64,000 nt of DNA from Rebecca billardiae RCC1528. Lineage: Eukaryota > Protista > Haptophyta. The stretch is taken from contig OZ251230.1 of assembly GCA_965240325.2 (NCBI GenBank), positions 186,001 to 250,000 on the forward strand, in the 5' to 3' direction. The first letter of the stretch is position 1. Every line of letters starts with the position of its first letter. The notes beneath the pieces were generated by a model, which saw only the letters and a list, made by a program, of their open reading frames with translations, was not told where the DNA came from and ran no database searches. The position numbers and the translations under genes were made by a program. Positions 1 through 11,800 of the stretch are shown piece after piece.

Positions 1-308
1 TGTGGCCGTGCGGCGTGCATTCCTGTGGCCGCAGCCGCAGGGCCGCAGGCGCAGGCCGCGGGCCGCGCGCGGCCGCGCCCGCGGTCCATCAGTGGCATGT
101 TGCGCAGAGTATGCACATTCTCGCTGTCGCATGTGGGAGTTTGGCACTGATTGTAGCAGTAGGTGCCGCTTAGACTGACTCTGAGCTCTTACCGGCTAGT
201 CAGGGAGTCCGACGGCCCGCCCCGGCGCCGGCCGGCAAGCGCGCCGGCCACCGGACCATGGCCCATGCACCGCGCGGGCGGGGGGCGCGCCGACCGGCGG
301 CGACCGGG

Positions 309-418
309 CCCGGGCGGGCTGCTCGAATTCTCGAAAGCCGACGAGTTATTAATATTGGCCCGGGCTTGCCCGGGGCCCCGGGCGGGCTGCTCGAATTCTC
401 GAAAGCCGACGAGTTATT
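309..418. repeat. Exact 42-bp direct repeat (309-350, 377-418) upstream of NSE4
   Basis: CCCGGGCGGGCTGCTCGAATTCTCGAAAGCCGACGAGTTATT occurs twice with a 26-bp spacer. Confidence 0.9.
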
Positions 419-570
419 GCGGCCATATTTTGGTCCAAGGGTGGGCAGTCCGGAGCCCTTCCGCTTTGGTTCCGGACGGGGGAGAAAGAAAGGCCGTTGA
501 CCAACTCGCCGCTCACGCGCGCGGAAAAGCCAAAGCCGGAAGGCGGGCAAAGCAAGCGGCACTGGCGGAC

Positions 571-1825
571 ATGGCGCAGAGCGCGCAGCCCGACGCCGAT
601 GGCGCCGATGTGCAGGACGCGGCGGAGGTGCGGCGGATGGTGCGCGAGAAGATGGCGGAGATGAAGGCCCAGGAGGAGTCGCTGACGCAGACCGACAACA
701 CGCTCCTCAAGGACAAGGTGCAGGACCTCAACCGGCTGATGCAAAAGTCCAAGGAGGCGGCGGCGTCCGCGGTCACGCGCAACTCCGCGCTCGACTCGTC
801 GGCGATCCTTGTGGCCTCCGGGCTCGGCGTCGCGCAGTCGGGTAACTTGCACAAGCGCACGTCCAAGGACTTCATCGTCGGCCTGAAGCGCAAGTTCGGC
901 GTCATCGCCGACGAGCCGACGCAGGGTGAGCGGCCAGACGCGCTCGACTCGGAGAAGCTCGACTGGGACAGCCTCGGCAGCTTCGCGGCGCGGCTGTTCA
1001 AGCGCCCGCCCACGTGGGAGAACGCGTGGGATGCGACGCTGTACGAGCACCCCGAGAAGGTGCGGACGGCGCGCCGAGAGCGCAGACAGCGCGCGCGCCC
1101 GCTCGCCCGCTGACCACCGCTCGCGCGCGGCGGACCGCCGCGCCCCCTCGTGCGGCGCGCAGGTGCGCCAAAAGCAGCAGCGGCGCGCGAAGGGCCCGAT
1201 CGCGGAGGCCGTGCGCCCCGAGGAGCAGACGAAGGCCCAGGTCAACGAGCAGGAGGACCAGACGCAGACGCGCCGCACCAAGGTGATGCGCGACAAGATC
1301 GCCGCCACGCACGCCGAGCGCGTGCGCGCGCTGCGCGTGCCTGTGGACACGCCCACGATCAACTTCTTCCACCTCGTGCTCAACAAGGACTCGTTCAGCC
1401 AGACGAGTGCGCGCGCGCGCCGCTGCTGCCGGCTGGCCCGCTCGGCGCGAGCGCGCCCATCCGCGAGCGCGCGCCACGCTGACGCCGCTCGCGCTCCGCC
1501 GGCCGGCCTCGGCGGCGCCGCCCGTGCGACGCGCTGCGCGGCGGGTGCGCGCGCAGTCGAGAACATCTTCGACATCGCCTTCCTCGTCAAGGACGGCGTG
1601 CTGCACCTGGGGACGAGCAGCGACGGCGAGCCGATGCTCGCGCCGCGGAAGCCGCCCTCGCAGAGCGACTACGACGGCGGCCTGCAGAAGGTGCAGAACA
1701 TTCTGCGCATCGACCACCCCACCTACCTCGAGCTGTGCCAGCGCTACTCGGCAGAGCTCACCGACGCGCGCCGGCTGCTCAAGACGCGCCCGCCGAGCGA
1801 CGCGCGACGAGGCCGCGGTCAGTAG
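571..1825 (+). CDS. NSE4: SMC5/6 complex kleisin subunit NSE4 (3 exons: 571-1059, 1163-1406, 1557-1825)
   Basis: Removing GT-AG introns 1060-1162 and 1407-1556 gives the Nse4 C-terminal signature [28 protein letters not shown]; the N-terminal LDS..L and LDWDSLG motifs also fit. Confidence 0.88.
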
Positions 1826-2425
1826 GCGCGCGGCGCGGCGCGGGGGCTGCGGGCTCACGCGGCTGGCGCGCTCAGGCCTGCATGACGCACGTCTGTGCGT
1901 GCGGCATCGGCCCTGACGACCCGCTGCGTGACCACGCACGCCGACGGGTGGCGAGACAGAGGGAGCGGCCAACAGTTACAGCTGGTGCGGTCCGACCTCT
2001 CGCCCACCAGGCACCTCCGGCGCCGAGGCACAGCCGATGGCAGGCTCTCCGGAGCTGCCCACGTTCGCCACCAGCGCTCCCTGCACAGGCTCAGCCATGA
2101 CGGTCCCGCTGCGCAGCTCGGCCGGAACTTCACCGGCTCCGCCCCTGGTCAGTGGTCGCCCTGGTGGCGGTGCCCGAGCCGAGGCCCCGGACCGGCCGCC
2201 GCGTCATCAGCGCCGAGCCGAATAAGAGGCATTGATTGATGTGTTTTTATATTAACTGATCGTCCGTCAGAATAGAATCGATATGAGCAGTATATGTGTC
2301 TGTTGCACTCTGAGCCTGACGCTTGTCCGATGCTGCCACGTCGTTAAATATATAATATATATATTATAATCTAAATTATGAAAATATATACTTATTCATT
2401 CTGAATGATCAGCACGTACCGATAG

Positions 2426-4361
2426 TAGCCTGGTCCAAACGCACTGGAGCACTTTCGGGGATTTTATCGCCAAATGAACGCGGGCCCCTAGGCACGCGCT
2501 CACACCCGGAAACAGCGTAACAAATGGGCCCAGCCCGGGCGCAGCAAAAGTTTCGGCCTAAAAATCGCATCCGTGGCCCGTCGTGAGCGTGCGCGCGCGC
2601 GCCGCGGACAACTACGGACACATAGAGAATCGTCAGTCTGAATGTGGGTAAGTACTTAGCCGAAATGAGCCCAAACGCACGAACTTACTTATTGGCGTAC
2701 GTCGAGGCGAGCACGAACCCTGGTACAGGCCATTAGGATGGGCTGTGGTCTGTGCGCAAGTGGCCGTACTCAACTACTGCAAGATCGACTATATTACCCA
2801 TTTATACCCGCATATTATGGGCAATGTACCCGCATAAGTATGAGTTCTGGACCTGTATAATTAAAATGCCACTATGTCGTTACATATTCGCCATAGGTGG
2901 CTAGCTGTCCCAGGCTGCACGATTAGTGCGGCGCTCGGGGTGCAGTGGTCGGACGAGGCTCCGCCTGGCCTTCCGCGCACTCCTGCAGACAAGAAGAGGG
3001 CCGGACTCCCACCCGGCCAGGCGTGCGGCAGTCGGTCAGGTGCTGGACCTGGTCTGGAGACCATCTCCTGCGTGGCAACTGGCCGATCTGCGGCACAACG
3101 CGCGCCGCCGTGAGCCACACGGCAGGTTCGCAATGGATCCGGATCGCGTGTCCATGGCGGCGTGCATCGAGTCATTCAAGCTGTCAAGTCGCGTGCCACG
3201 CCCGCCCTTTCACTTGGGGCATCAGTGCTGCCTACAACGACGACATGTGCGTCCTTAGATGAGGCATAATCGCGATTCTAGCTGCCCGTCCAAGGGTCAG
3301 ATCGCACGTCTTTGCTCGCCCGACAGCCTCAACGGCGGACTGATGTGATCCGCGGGTGACGATGCGACCGCTTCGAGTGCGCCTACGGCCACCACCGGGG
3401 TGGGGATCGTTCATGGGCACCCTCTGCGCGCCATGACATGCTCTGGCCGTGCGTGGTGACTTGGCCCACCGTGCGTAAACGGGAAAGACACCCGAGCACG
3501 TGCTTCCGAGCCACCCGAATGGCACAATGTGCCACCCATGGACACCAAACACGTGCCAGAGCGCGAGCCTTGCGTGCTGAAGTAGCCGCACGACACCAAG
3601 GAAGACGTATGAGCGCTCTCAACCATCTCCAAGCGACGACTCCGTCGACTCTGCCTCGCAGACCGCGGTACGATCCTCGACCTTGTGCTCGCAGCAAAGG
3701 CGATGACGGTAAAGCAGCACCCAGGGGATTGGAGTCAGCCGGCAGCCACTACAATGTAACTGTATATACCCAGCCCCGCAAGGCGAGCCATCCTGATCGC
3801 CCCCAGCCCGTCATACAGCTCCACGAGCAGCACAAATCGACTGCCGCCGCCCTGGGCGACCCATGCGCAAACGTGACGGGACTGGCCGGATGAAGCGTTG
3901 GCGATGCGCAGCGCGCCCAACGTTGGTGAAGGCATCGAGTGCACGCTAGGGGTAGGCTTAGGCCGACACGAGCGGTCGCGTGGCCCGCATCTGGCCCAAA
4001 CTGGCCCGGCTCGAAGGCGCGGCGCAACCCAGCAGCTGAGCGTTCGACGCGCGCCGTCGGGCGAGAAGTCGACCTGGCGACGGACCGCGGGCGGCGGAAG
4101 CAACGCAGACATGTCGCTCAAGGTGTGCACGCACACCACCGGGGCACCCGAACGATGTGTCCAGCACTACACCTGACATGAGGCGGCGCAGTCGTCCAGT
4201 CGAGGCTCTCGAGCCCCTTCCCACCTTCGTCGCGGCGAGCCGTCGGACGGCCGGTGGCGATTTTTGACGAGCGCGACGACGACGAGAAAAATCGGGAGAA
4301 ACGAGGCGCCCAAAATCCGAAAAGGCTTTTTCACTGGCGAAAATCGGGATGGACCAGGCTA
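2426..4361. mobile_element. Non-autonomous DNA transposon, copy 1 (1936 bp, 12-bp TIR TAGCCTGGTCCA)
   Basis: Perfect TIRs at 2426-2437 and 4350-4361; a full-length diverged inverted copy lies at 28257-30198; flanks are CCGATAG / CCGTCGATAG (degenerate TSD); no recognisable transposase. Confidence 0.9.
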
Positions 4362-4739
4362 CCGTCGATAGTCTGCCGCGCGCGGCGCACAGCACACTCG
4401 GCTGCGATGACAGACTGCGCTGATGATGATCGACGACAAAGAAGTTTGATGATGGTATATCATGCAGTAGCAGTGGGGCACTGGGGTCCGGGACTGGCCC
4501 GAGTGACTGGGCCGGGGCGGTGAGTGGGCCCCCGGCCGCGCAGCCGCTCAGCCTGCGGCCTGGCGCCTCGTCCGCTCCGGACCGATGAGCGACCGGCGCG
4601 CCGCTCGGCTGCCACTCAGCCAGGCCGACGCGGCGGCGGAGTGTATCTGTAGCGTAAGGAGCGCATGAGATCCATCGGCTCTCCTTCGCTAGCTCGGCGC
4701 TGTTGGCGAACGGCGCTGCGAGCTTAGCGCGTACGTATG

Positions 4740-5900
4740 CTAATGCTGCTCTGCGGACAGCACCGCGCGGCCCGCGCCCAGTCGGTGCCGTGCCAGCAGA
4801 GCAAGCACAGCGGCAGTGCACGCCGTCACAAGTGCGAGCCGCGCCGCGATGGCCCCTCTGCTCCGAGGCACGCCCCCGATTGCGCGTGGGCCGGCGTCGG
4901 CACGAATGCTGCCGTCAAGCAGGGGGCACTCCACGGGTGGCTCACCGCGAAGAAGGGCTTTGAGTGAGGGCATGCCCGGTGGGTAGCAGCACTTGGTCGT
5001 GTAGATGTCTGGATGAGGGGGGTTCGTGTGGTCGATCAGATAGACGATGGAGGTGGTATTGATCCTGGTGAAGACGTGGTTGTTCTTGATGCTGATCTGG
5101 TGAGCGGAGGTGAGGGTTGCGAGAGAAGGCACAGAAGTGAGCGCCTGGTTTCCGCCGATCTCGATGTCTGTGGCGCCGGACAGCCCGCTCAGCGAGGGCA
5201 GCTCGGCGAGCGCGCTGTTGTTGTGGACGCGCAGCGTCTCCATCTGCGACTGGGTCGTCAGCGCGGGTAGCGCGCGGAGCTTGGCGTTGTCAAACACGTC
5301 GAGCCACTTGAGGCGTGGGGGAATGTCTTCAATCGATTCGAGCTGCGCGTTATTGAAGATGAAGAGCTGCGCGAGCGCTGGCAGCGTGATCATCGTGCTG
5401 ATGCGGGTCATCGCAAAGTTGTTCCGCAGCTCGTACCATAGCAGCCCCTGGCAACCCGCCGTATCCGGGCTGACGTCGATGCCGAGGCCCTCGAGCTTCA
5501 GGGTGGTGAGGCCGGGCGTGCTGCTCAGCGTGAGGCCAATGTGCGTGACCGCTGGCAGGTTGCGGTACTCGAGGCGGGCCAGGTTGGCAAGCCCGTTCAA
5601 CCGGGGCGTGTACACCAAGAGCTGGTTGTTGGACACCGTCAGATCGTGCAGCCCGGTCAGGTTGCGCAAGTCGCCGATGAGCACGAGCCGCTCGTTGCTG
5701 TCCACAGTGAGGCCTTTGAGCTCGCGGACCGCGCTCGCATTGCCAACTTCAATCGCCGTGGCGTCCGTCCCGCGGATCGAGCAGCCGTCAAGAGCGTCGC
5801 GGCAGGCATCGGAGATGAGAAGCTTCGACGCGAGCGCGTCCCCTCTGCAAGCGAAGGCCAAGACGAAGACGATGACGAAGGCTGCTGCACCGGAAGTCAT
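4740..5900 (-). CDS. Cell-surface leucine-rich-repeat (receptor L-domain-like) protein with signal peptide and C-terminal hydrophobic anchor
   Basis: N-terminal AAAFVIVFVLAFAC; repeated LxxLxxLxlxNNxxL units; C-terminal LALVTACTAAVLALLA; intronless; ATG at 5900. Confidence 0.8.
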   Translation of the reverse strand: MTSGAAAFVIVFVLAFACRGDALASKLLISDACRDALDGCSIRGTDATAIEVGNASAVRELKGLTVDSNERLVLIGDLRNLTGLHDLTVSNNQLLVYTPRLNGLANLARLEYRNLPAVTHIGLTLSSTPGLTTLKLEGLGIDVSPDTAGCQGLLWYELRNNFAMTRISTMITLPALAQLFIFNNAQLESIEDIPPRLKWLDVFDNAKLRALPALTTQSQMETLRVHNNSALAELPSLSGLSGATDIEIGGNQALTSVPSLATLTSAHQISIKNNHVFTRINTTSIVYLIDHTNPPHPDIYTTKCCYPPGMPSLKALLRGEPPVECPLLDGSIRADAGPRAIGGVPRSRGAIAARLALVTACTAAVLALLARHRLGAGRAVLSAEQH

Positions 5901-5948
5901 CGCGCGGGCGCGGACCACGGCGGGCCGAGCCGAACGCGGCCCGGTACA

Positions 5949-6007
5949 GTAACGGCCAGCGGTCGGCCTTCTTAATCGCCCTGTAAGTAGTGTAACGGCC
6001 AGCGGTC
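5949..6007. promoter_or_regulatory. 16-bp direct repeat GTAACGGCCAGCGGTC upstream of the LRR gene, containing a MYB-type TAACGG core
   Basis: Exact copies at 5949-5964 and 5992-6007, 49-107 bp upstream of the ATG; regulatory function is inferred. Confidence 0.4.
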
Positions 6008-6572
6008 AGCGGTGTCACTCTGTATCAGTAGTAGTAGAAACACCGCCTGCGCATCGTCACTGATCACTCGCGTCTCTGAGGCAGCAGCCATCGAGTCAAG
6101 CCTGAGTCTCAGCTCGGCGACGTCGGGCGGCGAGCGGTATTTACGGTGTCGGCGATGTGTTTTTCACTGACGACGATTATTTGTCGATGCGTCACGGCGC
6201 CGACGGGTCGTGGCCGTCAGGCCGTGGGCTGGGCACGAGTGCACGACCGCCGTCGACCGCGTGACTCATTCATGTCTCATCACTCTCATGAATAATACTC
6301 ATGCAGACGTGCCGGGCGCCCGCGGACTCGCCAGATCCGCAGGCGCAATCGGCGTCCAATTACTGGTCGGCCGTCGTATCGCGCGAGCCCGCCCAAGGCA
6401 CCGCGGCAGTCACCAGTCGCGGTGAGCACAGAGCACCGCGCAGCTGCTCCCTCCGCCTCCAGATTCCATGCCGCCAGAAAGTACCGATGACGATCGATTT
6501 CGGGTCGTGCGCACGTGACGTCACGTGTCAGTCATTACCACCGCGATGACTGCGCGTACGTGAGACATCGCG

Positions 6573-7283
6573 TCATCGTTGGTTCTCGCTCCGCGGGTCA
6601 GGCCCAGCCCCCGCCGCAGGGGCTGGGCCACCCGAACCGCCTGGGTCAGCTGCTGACACATGACCTGAGGATCCAGTGGCAGGGCCCATCGATCCAAGCA
6701 CGTCCTCGCCGCGGTGCCAGCCAGCTGTCTGCAGGCCGTCGAATTCCGCTGCCTTTGCAGCTGCTTCGCGCGCCTCCTCCTCGGCGAGCCGGGCGCGCAC
6801 CACGGCGGGAAGCTGTGGTCGGCGTCGGCCTGTGGCCGTTTTGGGTGGTGGTTGGGCGGCATTGTGCCCGGGCGCGCCCTTCTTGGTTGGTGATGGGGCG
6901 GGTTTGCGTCCTGCCGCGCCCTTCTCGGGTGGTGATTGGGCGGGCTTGCGCGCGCGGCGTCGGCCCGCTGGGTTGTATCGGTCGGATCCCGCGTCATACT
7001 CCTTCCAGTGTGCGATCGGAGCTCCCGATACGCTCCACGGCCGCTCTGCGCCAATCTCCTGTGCCAGCGCAATGTGTCTCCCGTTGTCAAACTTGCGATC
7101 GTTGAAATACTTTGGGTTGGGCACGATGACCGGGCCGTACGGACCGGGAAACGGTGCGACTATCGCGCCGGCGCCGAGCTCACCCCATGCGTCGAGCTCG
7201 CGCCGCCCATCGCGCTTCGCGCGCCGTCGAGCGGCCTCGTTCACCTCCTCACGAGTGAGCGGGCGGCCGTTGGCAGCCGCCAT
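6573..7283 (-). CDS. Hypothetical protein (236 aa) with three imperfect 14-aa K/P-rich repeats
   Basis: ATG at 7283 (MAAANGRP), plausible composition, repeats RKPAQSPPEKGAAG / RKPAPSPTKKGAPG / HNAAQPPPKT; no recognised domain. Confidence 0.4.
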   Translation of the reverse strand: MAAANGRPLTREEVNEAARRRAKRDGRRELDAWGELGAGAIVAPFPGPYGPVIVPNPKYFNDRKFDNGRHIALAQEIGAERPWSVSGAPIAHWKEYDAGSDRYNPAGRRRARKPAQSPPEKGAAGRKPAPSPTKKGAPGHNAAQPPPKTATGRRRPQLPAVVRARLAEEEAREAAAKAAEFDGLQTAGWHRGEDVLGSMGPATGSSGHVSAADPGGSGGPAPAAGAGPDPRSENQR

Positions 7284-7900
7284 ATCGTGGCTCCGTTGGC
7301 GCTGTTTTTCTCTCATTCGCGGAGACAAACTGAAAAGGGCGCCCTTTCCGCCCCGAGAAAAAGAAACTCGCCATCTGGCGGCCCGCCGGCGCGGCCTCGC
7401 CGAGCCCGCCAAACGCATGCACAGCGCATAGCTAGTCGAACTCTTTCTGGTGACATTGCGATTGTGACGGGCGCCGTGAGGCCCGTACGTGCTCGATCGA
7501 AACACGAAAGTTCGGTCGCTGCTGCCATCAGAAGCGCACTGAACTGCAGGCTGCCGCCCTAAATGTCGGTACGCGCGGGCAGTCCGTCAGTGCCACGGTC
7601 TCGGAGGCTCGGCCAACCGTCGGGCCGGTCCGAGCCGCCGGGAGGCCCCGCCGTCTGCGGCCGTCTGGCCGATCTCGACCCCAGGAGCACGGGCCAATGT
7701 CGGCGAGTGACGGCTCGTCCTGAGGAGCCGACGCCGTGATCATCGTGGTGCTCATCGTGCCGCCAAGCATGCGCTCAACGAACGCGCCGTGCGCGCGCCA
7801 GACACACGACGCCCTCCAGGACGCCGCTCAAGGAGAAGGGCGCCAGCCGGCCAGCGCCACGGCAGTGGCTCAGGAGGGCGGCGGGGCAGCGGCGCGCGGC

Positions 7901-8596
7901 CTAGGCGCGGCGACGAAGCGCGACGAGTGCGGCGAGCGCAACGCCAGCGGCTGCGACGCCGGCGATCACCAGCAACGGCCGCCTCCGCGTCTCGTACATC
8001 CGCCGCTCCTCCGCGCCCGCGACAAAGACGGCGCGCAGCGGCCCGACGATCTCGACCACCTCGTCGATCAGCTTCTGCGCCACGCCCATGTCCTGCAGCT
8101 GCTTGACCAGGTGGCCTGCGGGGCGCGGGCGGGCGCGATGGCGAGGGCGAGGGGCGGGGGGCGGCGGTGGGCCTCTCGCGGCGGTGGGCGGCGAGTGCCG
8201 CGCGCGCGCCGCGCCTCACCGGCCACGAGGTCGAAGTGGGTCTCGTCGAGCCCAACAGCGAACAGCGCCCTGTGCTTGTCCATGATGAGCTGCGGCACGT
8301 CCAGCCCGGCCGGGACGCCAGTGAAGGCGATGGCGAGGAATGCTTCCTGTACGGCATGGCGCGCACGCGGCAGCGCAACGCTCGCCTGAGCCCGCGCGGC
8401 GGCTCGGCGGCGGCGCGCGGCGCGTCCGCGTGCATCGTACCTGGTGCTCCTTGAGGAACTTCATGTTGACCCCTTCGAAGAAGGGGGCGAGCTTCGGGTC
8501 GGTGACCAGGCGCGCGTAGAAGCCGTTGACGACGGACTTGAGCGCCTCCTTGCCACCGATGCGCTCGAGCAGGGTGCGCTTCGACAGGATCTCCAT
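7901..8596 (-). CDS. Group I truncated (2/2) hemoglobin with C-terminal transmembrane tail (exons 8596-8441, 8346-8220, 8115-7901)
   Basis: TLLERIGG, FYARL (TyrB10), LAPFF (CD1), HQ-EAFL, proximal His in MDKHRAL, HFDLVAGHL; GT-AG introns 8440-8347 and 8219-8116 join the frames. Confidence 0.9.
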
Positions 8597-8801
8597 GGTC
8601 GCGGGGGCCTACGCGGTCCAAGTTTCGCGGTTGCCGGCTCGGGCCGAAGACGACGGGTGGCTGGGCAAGCCGCAAGAAGTCCGGTGGAGTGGTGGATCCG
8701 GAACGTGCGATATCGGGAGGACGCCGAGACTGCGCAGCTCGTTTGCGCTGAGCCACCGCTGCGGAGCGCGGCCAAACCCTTGCCCCAGCCGGGCGCCAAG
8801 C

Positions 8802-11800
8802 ATGGCTCGGCGCACGACGCGCGGCAGCTGCGCGGTGCTGCCCGTACCGGTCGACCTGTGCACGCTCACCACGACGGTCAAAGATATCGACGACGAGCTC
8901 GACTTCACGTACTTCAAGAAGTCCTTCGAGGAGACCCGCTACCCGGGCTTCCGCAATTCGCTCGATTCGTCGTTTGGCTGGCTGCACCAGGTGTCGCATG
9001 GCGACCCCGCGGCCGCGGTGCGCCAGACGGTGGCGCAGGCGAAGGAGGTGCTCAAGCTCCTGGTGGACGATCTGCTCCCCGAGAGCAAGCAGGCCTTCGC
9101 GCGGGGCTGGGACGAGCCGCGTTGGCGCAGCGCGCTCAGCGCGGCGACGACGTTTGAGGCGGTGCGGCTGAGCGCGACTGAGCTGCTCGAGTGCGCGCGC
9201 GCGAGCAAGGGCGCGCCGCGCACGACTAGCATGGCTGACCGCTTGGTGCGCGCGGCCGATGTGAGCGTGGCCGCCCGCGCCCGCGACGCGACGACGTCCA
9301 CACGGCCGGGCGACGTGAGCGTGCCACGTGACGCGCCGCCGCTCGCCGCGCCGCCGCCGCCGCCGCCGCGTCATGCGGCCGTGGCCGCCGATGCCGATGC
9401 CGATGCGGACGAGGTGGCGAGGTCGCCCTCGGCCGACGTGAAGGTGGCACAGGAGGTGACGCAGGACGTGCTCACGGACAGCCATCGCGGCACTCGCGAG
9501 TCGCCCGTCACCATCTCCTCCTCGACGGAGGCGGAGGAGGAGGCGGCGGCCAACGGGGCGGAGCGGGCGCGGCTGCCGGCGCGCGGCGCGCCGCAGCCGC
9601 AGCCTCTCGACGCGGCGCCTCAGCTCGTGTGCGCGGGCGACGCGGAGCGCGCGAAGGCGCGGGCGTACATGGCGGACATGGCGACGGTGTGCGAGGTCCT
9701 CTCGGAGCAAGCAGCCGCGGAGGCTGCGCGGGTGGTGGCGCGCGAGGCGGAGCAGCGCGAGGCTGCAGAGTGCCTGGGTGTCCTCCTGCAGGACGGGCTC
9801 AGCAGCGCGGCCGAGGACGACGAGGACGCAGACGATGAGGACTACGTGGATGGCGGCGGCGCGGCGGCGGTTGGCGGGCGCAGGGCCGCAGCGCTCGGCG
9901 GCGTGGCCGCTGCGCGGGGGCGCAGGCGCGCGGCCGGGGCGAGCACCGCCGCCGCGGCCGAGCCTGGCGGCGCTGCCGCTGGCGGCGAGGCGGCCGGCCG
10001 CGCGGCGGCGGCAGAGGACGCCGTCGCGCCCGCGCCGCGCCCCAAGCCGCCTGCGCGCGCGCGCGCGCCGAAGCGCCCGTACCCCGCCTCCGCGCGGGCG
10101 GCGGCGGACGGCAGGGCGAGCACTGCCGCGCGCCGCTCCGCGCCTCCGGCAGCGGCGCGCCCGCCCTCTGCTGAGCCTGAGCGCGGCGCCGAGCGGGCGG
10201 CCGAGCGCCGCGCGGCGCCGCGCGCCGACCCGCCCGCCGCAGCGCGCGCGGCGGCGCCCGCCTCGGCCGCGCGCGCCGGGCGCGAGGCGGCATCGGCTGG
10301 CCACGCGGCCGCCCGCCCCTGTGCGCTCCCCGCGTTCTCCCGAGCCGAGTTTGAGCGCAGGCTGGGCGCCGAGGGGTGGCGCGTCGAGCGCAGACCGGCC
10401 GGGCGCACGGGCGACGAGCCGCCCGCCGGGCTGCCCGCGGACGAGGAGGACGAGGTGCTCTGCTTCTTGCCGCCGCGGTCGGCGCGCGAGCGCAGCGGCG
10501 GGGCGGCGCCGCCCGCGGCCGCGGAGCCGGGGCCGGGCGCGCCGGCCGCGGAGGCGGCCGAGCTCGTGCTGACGACGCGCGCACTCGCGTGGGCGTACAT
10601 GCACGGCCTCGGGCCGAGCGGCGAGCCCTTGGAGCGCACCGCCGTGCCGCCGCCCTCGTTCGAGCTCCAGCCCTCGGCGATAGCCAACCGGGATCTGAGC
10701 CGGGGGATGCGCGTGTCGGTGTACGTGCCGGCGGCGCTGATGAGCGAGGGCGCGGGCGGCGCGGCCGCGCTGCCCGCGTGCGCGCCCGCGGCGGAGGCGG
10801 TGGCGGAGGCGAAGGCGGAGGCGGTGGATGACAGCGGCAATTTCAGCTGGCTCATCGCCGACCTGATCTCGGCGAACGGCCAGATCGCGGAGCTCCTGCC
10901 GCGCGAGGTGGTGACGACGGACGAGCCGCAGCTCGAGGCGGCGGCCAGCGGGCCCGGCGGGCGCGGCTTGCAGCCCGCCGCGCCCGTGGCGGTGCACACG
11001 GACGACCTGAGCATCGCCTGGTACCCGCGGCTGCCGACCAGGCCGCAGTCGTGCGTGCCGGCGCAGACGGTGTGCGTGTCGCTCGTCGAGGGCGCGGGCG
11101 TCGAGGCCGTGCTGGCGGACGACCTGCTCGAGGGCGGCGTGGTCACGTCTGAGCCGGGCAACGACCCGGACGACTTGTCCGACCCCTCGGAGGAGGAGGA
11201 GGCGGCGCCGGAGGAGGCGGGCAGGCCGCCGCCGTGCCGGGTGCGCGTGCTGTTCGAGCACACGGGCGCGAACGAGATCGAGTACGTGCCGCTCGTCAGC
11301 TCGGTGCGGCTGGACGGCGGCGGGCTGCAGCCGCACCCGCCGCCCACGCCCGCAGGCTGGTACGCGCGCCTGCGCCGCGGCGACCCGATCCAAGTGCTGC
11401 TCAAGGGCTGCTGGCGCTCCGCCATCTTCATCGAGTTTGTCGGGCGCGAGGACCACGAGCATCTCGGAGCGATCTCGGCGGGCCCGGGAGCGCGGCGCGT
11501 GGAGAACACGCTCGAGCTGCGGCGCACGCAGCACGCGCTGCTCGCGGACGCGGAGCTGAGCGGCGGGCGCGCGCGGGCGGCCGCGCGGCAGCGGGCGGCG
11601 CGCGCGCACGCCGCCGCCGCCGGCGCGCGGCGCGACGCGCAGCCGGTGCGGCAGCCGCTGCCGCCGATCGTCGAGGGCGCGTGCGTGTACCGCGCCCTCG
11701 ACACCGCCACCCCCTCGCCCTGCGTGGGCGTGGTGCGCCGCGTGCGCGGCGCCGTCGCCGACGTGGAGTGGCGTGCGCGCGCTCAGCTCGAGACGTACGT

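Noticed and set aside
2861-4181. ORFs shared between the two 1.94-kb element copies
   Set aside because: Shared only because the DNA is duplicated; no transposase motifs or codon bias, and several ORFs differ in extent between copies
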